Assembly (NCBI GenBank): GCA_018971265.1
Contig: JAGXBE010000001.1
Span: forward strand, 1,051 to 65,050
Origin: Patescibacteria group bacterium
GTDB lineage: Bacteria > Patescibacteriota > Minisyncoccia > Phycocordibacterales > Phycocordibacteraceae
Length of the DNA stretch: 64,000 nt
Direction of reading: 5' to 3'
Within the stretch, counting starts at the first letter, position 1. Every line of letters begins with the position of its first letter. The notes under the pieces were generated by a model. The model did not search any database. It was not told where the DNA came from and was given only the letters and a program-made list of their open reading frames with translations. Below are positions 59,901 to 64,000 of this stretch, piece after piece. The position numbers and the translations under genes are program-made.

Positions 59901-60964
59901 TAAGTACCGCTGCGCGCGTGCTCATTCCTTCAGCAACCTCTTTTGCGCTCGGCATAGCATTCGCGCCTTTTCTGGCCAGCATTTTATATCGCGCGAAAGC
60001 ATGGAAGAAAAAAGCGGGGAAGGGTAGTGGTATCGGCGGTGGCGGTACGCCCATCTTCGACGAACTCCACAGAGAGCGGGAGGTTTCGACGCCGCGCATG
60101 GGCGGCATTCTTATCTGGGCTTCCGTACTCGTAACCGCGCTGCTTTTCCTTATCTTTGCGCAAACGCTCGATACCTTCTGGCCAGCACTTAATTTCGTAA
60201 ACCGCCGCGAAACATGGCTTCCTATTTTCGCACTTGCGGCAGGTGCTATCGCGGGACTTATCGATGACTTCCTTGAAGTAACCCGAGGGAAGGGCGGACT
60301 CTCTCTTGCTCGCCGACTTTCTATCGTCGGTGGCATAGGGCTTGTCGGTGGCTGGTGGTTTTACAGCAAGCTTGGCGTAAGCGCGGTCGGTGTTCCTTTT
60401 GCCGCTCCGCTCGTGATCGGGTGGCTGCTGATTCCATTTTTCGCACTCGTTACGCTTGCAATCTACGCAGGCGGTACCATCGACGGGCTTGATGGGCTTG
60501 CCGGCGGTGTTTTCGCCATCATCTTTCTGGTTTATGCGGGTATTGCGTTTGGTGAAGGACAGGCATCGCTTGCGGCATTTGCCGCTTCGGTAGCCGGCGC
60601 GACTCTGGCATTTCTTTGGTTCAATATCCCGCCGGCACGTTTCTACATGTCGGAAACCGGCAGTATGGCTCTCACGCTCGCACTTGCAATGACCGCCTTT
60701 GCTTCCGATGCGCTTGCCGGCGGTGTCGGCGTGTTTGTGCTGCCACTGGTCGCGCTTCCGCTCACCGCAACCGTTCTTACAACGTTCTTGCAAGTCTTTT
60801 GGAAAAAAGTTTTCCATAAAAAGCTGTTCCGCGTGGCTCCGATTCACCACCATTTCGAAGCGCTCGGCTGGCCGGCTGCAAAGGTCACCATGCGCTACTG
60901 GGTTATCACCATCATCGCGGGCGTACTCGGCCTCTCCATCGCCCTCCTTTCGCGTCCATTATGA
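59897..60964 (+). CDS. mraY: phospho-N-acetylmuramoyl-pentapeptide transferase
   Basis: MraY polytopic topology and conserved Asp-containing motifs. Confidence 0.85.
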   Translation: MISTAARVLIPSATSFALGIAFAPFLASILYRAKAWKKKAGKGSGIGGGGTPIFDELHREREVSTPRMGGILIWASVLVTALLFLIFAQTLDTFWPALNFVNRRETWLPIFALAAGAIAGLIDDFLEVTRGKGGLSLARRLSIVGGIGLVGGWWFYSKLGVSAVGVPFAAPLVIGWLLIPFFALVTLAIYAGGTIDGLDGLAGGVFAIIFLVYAGIAFGEGQASLAAFAASVAGATLAFLWFNIPPARFYMSETGSMALTLALAMTAFASDALAGGVGVFVLPLVALPLTATVLTTFLQVFWKKVFHKKLFRVAPIHHHFEALGWPAAKVTMRYWVITIIAGVLGLSIALLSRPL

Positions 60965-62061
60965 GGTTTGTTCACTCTGGCGATCGTATTTTCTTCATAT
61001 TGATGCTTGCGCTTGCGCTTGCGGGCCTCGCAATCTTCTCCTCAGCGTCCCTGGGCCTTCTCGCTCGCGAGGGCGGGTCGATCTCGCGCGACATTTTGCT
61101 CCAGGCAGGTCTCGGCCTTGGTTTCGGGTTTGCGGCATTTTTCCTTACGCGTACCGCTTCGCTTGATCGGATAAAACGTCTTGCGCCTTATATTTACGGT
61201 GCCACGGTCCTTTTTACCGCGCTCGTTTTCGTTCCTGGAATAGGATTCCATGCGGGCGGGGCAACACGCTGGATCAACCTCCGCTTCACCACCGTACAGC
61301 CCGCTGAATTTTTGAAGATAGGATTCGTGCTTATGCTCGCGTGGTGGCTTGCGCCTCGGGCACGCCAATTCACCGACCCCAAAAAAGGGCTGATCCCTTT
61401 TGCGGCCATACTCGCATTGCCAACCATCCTGTTGCTTATCCAGCCAAATACTTCGACGACACTCCTCATTATCGCTACCGGTTCCGTGATGTATTTCGTC
61501 GCCGGAGCCCCTTGGCGTGATTTCGGTATCCTTACGCTCGGTGTCGTTCTCGGTCTCGGTATCCTCATTTTCATGCGGCCCTACGTATTCGAGCGCATAA
61601 AAACATTCGTCGATCCTTCAGCTCATTCGCTCAGCAGCGGATATCAAATCCAGCAATCTTTGATCGCCGTCGGTTCTGGCGGTCTCCTCGGCCGAGGGTT
61701 CGGTCAGAGTGTGGAAAAGTTCAATTATCTGCCCGAACCCGATGGCGATTCGGTTTTTGCGGTCTTTGCAGAAGAGACCGGTTTTTTCGGCGCAACGGTC
61801 CTTCTCGCGCTCTTCATCGGATTTGCGGCACGCGGGATTGTGATAGCGGGAAACTCGCGGGACTTTTTCGGCGGACTTGTCGCATTCGGGTTTTCTTTCA
61901 TCATAATCCTGCAGGCCTTTATCAATGTCGGCGCGATGCTCGGTATCATCCCGCTCACCGGTCTGCCCCTGCCGTTCATTTCCCATGGCGGAACTGCGCT
62001 TGTGGCGATCTTCCTCATGTGCGGCTTTATCCTCAATGTTGCGGCACGGCATAAAACCTGA
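60961..62061 (+). CDS. ftsW: SEDS-family peptidoglycan glycosyltransferase FtsW/RodA
   Basis: SEDS motifs (GGATRWINL ... QPAEF ... SGYQIQQSLIAVGSGG). Confidence 0.85.
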   Translation: MRFVHSGDRIFFILMLALALAGLAIFSSASLGLLAREGGSISRDILLQAGLGLGFGFAAFFLTRTASLDRIKRLAPYIYGATVLFTALVFVPGIGFHAGGATRWINLRFTTVQPAEFLKIGFVLMLAWWLAPRARQFTDPKKGLIPFAAILALPTILLLIQPNTSTTLLIIATGSVMYFVAGAPWRDFGILTLGVVLGLGILIFMRPYVFERIKTFVDPSAHSLSSGYQIQQSLIAVGSGGLLGRGFGQSVEKFNYLPEPDGDSVFAVFAEETGFFGATVLLALFIGFAARGIVIAGNSRDFFGGLVAFGFSFIIILQAFINVGAMLGIIPLTGLPLPFISHGGTALVAIFLMCGFILNVAARHKT

Positions 62062-62065
62062 AAGC

Positions 62066-62074
62066 TGCTATAGT
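62066..62074 (+). promoter_or_regulatory. extended -10 box TGCTATAGT 6 nt upstream of the murG ATG
   Basis: Motif seen in the sequence. Confidence 0.35.
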
Positions 62075-62080
62075 TTACTC

Positions 62081-63220
62081 ATGAAAATAGTGTTTACTGG
62101 CGGGGGGACAGGCGGGCATTTTTATCCGGTCATCGCAATCGCGGAAGCAATACACGATATCGTACGCGAACGGCGGCTTGTCATGCCGCAGCTTTACTTT
62201 CTCGCCCCGGAGCCGCTCGATCAAAAAGCACTTTTTGAGAATAGTATTGTCTATGTGAAGGTTCCCGCGGGTAAGATCCGTCGCTATATCTCACTTCAAA
62301 ATCTTATGAGCGGGTTCACGACTCTTGTTGGATTTTTCTCTGCTCTTTCGATTCTCTTCCGTCTATATCCGGATGTCATCGTGAGTAAGGGAGGATATGG
62401 CAGCATACCGAACGTGCTCGCTGCATGGATTCTTCGTATCCCCATAGTCATCCATGAGTCGGATGCGAAACCCGGTCGGGCAAATCTCCTCGCGGCTCGA
62501 TTCGCCACGAAAATCGCCATCTCTTTCGAGAGCGCCGCAGCATATTTCCCGGAAAATACCCGGGGCAAAATAGCTCGTACCGGTATCCCGGTTAGAAAGG
62601 CCCTCACGCGAGTGGAAAGCGAGGGTGCACGACAGTACCTCGGACTCGAGACGGGGATACCGACCATTCTCATACTTGGCGGGTCGCAGGGTTCGATAAA
62701 AATAAACGAATCAATCCTGTTTTCCTTGCCGGATATCGTTTCCTTCGCTAACGTTATTCACCAGACGGGACTCGCTCATTTTAAGAGTGTCGGGTCAATA
62801 GCGAAGGTCGTGCTCGCGGGAAGCTCGCACGCCGACCGTTATCATCCCTTCAACTACTTCTCCGAAATTTCGCTCCAAAGGGCAGCGGGCATTGCGGATG
62901 TGGTCGTTTCGCGCGCCGGCTCGGGTGCCATAGCTGAAATCGCCCTTTGGAAAAAGCCGGCGATCCTTATCCCGATTCCCGAATCCGTAAGCCATGATCA
63001 GCGTACGAACGCGTATGCATACGCCCGAACGGGAGCAGCGATCGTGCTCGAAGAGGGCAACCTTACGCCGCATATTCTCGGCTCCGAAATACGCCGTATC
63101 GCAAGCGATCCGGAGCTCGGGAAACGCATGGTTGCAGGAGCCGCCGGTTTTACCGACCCTGACGCCGCGCGCATCCTCGCAGAAGCTGTGCTTGCTATCG
63201 CGCTCGCTCACGATTCATGA
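62081..63220 (+). CDS. murG: UDP-N-acetylglucosamine--N-acetylmuramyl-(pentapeptide) pyrophosphoryl-undecaprenol GlcNAc transferase
   Basis: Start at MKIVFTGGGTGGHFYP (62081), not the upstream ATG at 61925. Confidence 0.9.
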   Translation: MKIVFTGGGTGGHFYPVIAIAEAIHDIVRERRLVMPQLYFLAPEPLDQKALFENSIVYVKVPAGKIRRYISLQNLMSGFTTLVGFFSALSILFRLYPDVIVSKGGYGSIPNVLAAWILRIPIVIHESDAKPGRANLLAARFATKIAISFESAAAYFPENTRGKIARTGIPVRKALTRVESEGARQYLGLETGIPTILILGGSQGSIKINESILFSLPDIVSFANVIHQTGLAHFKSVGSIAKVVLAGSSHADRYHPFNYFSEISLQRAAGIADVVVSRAGSGAIAEIALWKKPAILIPIPESVSHDQRTNAYAYARTGAAIVLEEGNLTPHILGSEIRRIASDPELGKRMVAGAAGFTDPDAARILAEAVLAIALAHDS

Positions 63221-64000
63221 ATAAAGTTGTCACCCGCTTCGCGCCCTCGCCGACCGGGCTTCTGCATGCCGGTAACTATCGCACGGCAGTTTTTGCGTAT
63301 CTTTTCGCGAAACATGCGCACGGTTCGTTTATCTTGCGCATAGAAGACACCGACAAGGAACGTTCGAGGCCCGAGTATGAAACGAACATCCTTGAGGCGC
63401 TCGCTTGGCTTCAGCTTGATGCGGATCAACGGTATCGCCAAAGCGCCAACGCCATCCGACACCGCGAACTTCTCGAAAAGTTAGTCTCTGAGAACACAGC
63501 ATATGTTTCAAAAGAGACGCCGAGAAATCCGGGCGACAGGGAAGAGGTCATTCGTTTTAGAAACCCGGGCGGGAAAATTTCCTTCATCGACATCGTCCGC
63601 GGCGAAATAGCGATGGATGTCAGCGATTTAGGCGACTTCATCATCGCGCGCTCCTTTGACGAGCCGGTCTTCCACTTTGCGGTTGTCGTCGATGACGCTG
63701 ACGAGGGGGTCACGCACGTGATCCGCGGCGAAGATCATATAGCGAACACGCCACGCCAGATGCTCATCCAACGTGCACTCGGTCTCGCCATCCCCGCATA
63801 CGTACATCTGCCGCTCATTCTTGGTAGCGATCGTTCGAAACTTTCTAAACGTAAGGGGGCAAAGGCGCTTACCGAGTATCGCGATCTGGGTATACTGCCA
63901 GAAGCGATGCTCAATTATCTCGCTCTGCTCGGCTGGAACCCTGGCAACGAGCGTGAATACCTCTCGCGCAAAGATCTTGTCGAAATTTTTGATCTTTCGC
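63217..64000 (+). CDS. gltX: glutamate--tRNA ligase (N-terminal part; runs off the window end)
   Basis: VVTRFAPSPTGLLHAGNYRTAVFAYLFAK (HIGH region). ATGA overlap with the murG stop. Open to the end of the window. Confidence 0.85.
   Translation, partial: MNKVVTRFAPSPTGLLHAGNYRTAVFAYLFAKHAHGSFILRIEDTDKERSRPEYETNILEALAWLQLDADQRYRQSANAIRHRELLEKLVSENTAYVSKETPRNPGDREEVIRFRNPGGKISFIDIVRGEIAMDVSDLGDFIIARSFDEPVFHFAVVVDDADEGVTHVIRGEDHIANTPRQMLIQRALGLAIPAYVHLPLILGSDRSKLSKRKGAKALTEYRDLGILPEAMLNYLALLGWNPGNEREYLSRKDLVEIFDLS

Overview
The window is a gene-dense, strongly plus-strand-biased, high-GC chromosomal segment from a small bacterial genome. It looks like a Patescibacteria/CPR (Parcubacteria-like) lineage. 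This is inferred from the short UvrC and AlaRS, an IF-1 with an insertion, a cysteine-less L36, a SWIB-domain protein, a DUF5671-like membrane protein and the absence of Shine-Dalgarno sequences. Most of the content is housekeeping: tgt-uvrBAC, ndk, ddl, a tRNA array, mscL, the complete F1Fo ATP synthase operon atpBEFHAGDC, ychF, leuS, mltG, mnmA, ung, alaS, infA-rpmJ-rpsMKD-rpoA-rplQ-rplM-rpsI, grpE-dnaK-dnaJ, tyrS, tRNA-Tyr, trpS, aspS, scpAB, dacA-mraY-ftsW-murG and gltX. The non-routine observations are listed below.
- Positions 490-6861 hold a HerA/VirB4/coupling-protein-like ATPase (957 aa, long novel N-terminal domain) followed co-directionally by a large Pro/Ala-rich membrane protein, a small helical protein, a membrane-anchored FKBP isomerase and a lipoprotein. 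A membrane-anchored paralogue of the ATPase N-domain sits at 31832-33166. This is a candidate uncharacterised envelope, DNA-transfer or secretion-like module.
- In the tRNA array a complete tRNA-Val(CAC) is nested between the two halves of a second Val-like tRNA, held by a perfect 13-bp inverted repeat. The array also carries tRNA-fragment debris and 11-bp direct repeats flanking tRNA-Pro(CGG).
- LeuS carries an inserted NUDIX hydrolase domain of about 155 aa.
- There is an ATP-cone plus Mrr-like nuclease fusion, next to a stand-alone Cas4/RecB-like Cys4 nuclease, ung and a small (p)ppGpp-hydrolase-like HD protein.
- There is a protein combining a sigma-70 region-4 HTH with a HARE-HTH.
- Extended -10 boxes (TGnTAnnnT) lie 5-10 nt upstream of many start codons, consistent with leaderless transcripts.
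Many long antisense ORFs in the supplied track are high-GC artefacts. Five of them are itemised under noticed_but_rejected; the remainder are ignored without individual listing. All family assignments rest on motif recognition by eye; no searches were run.
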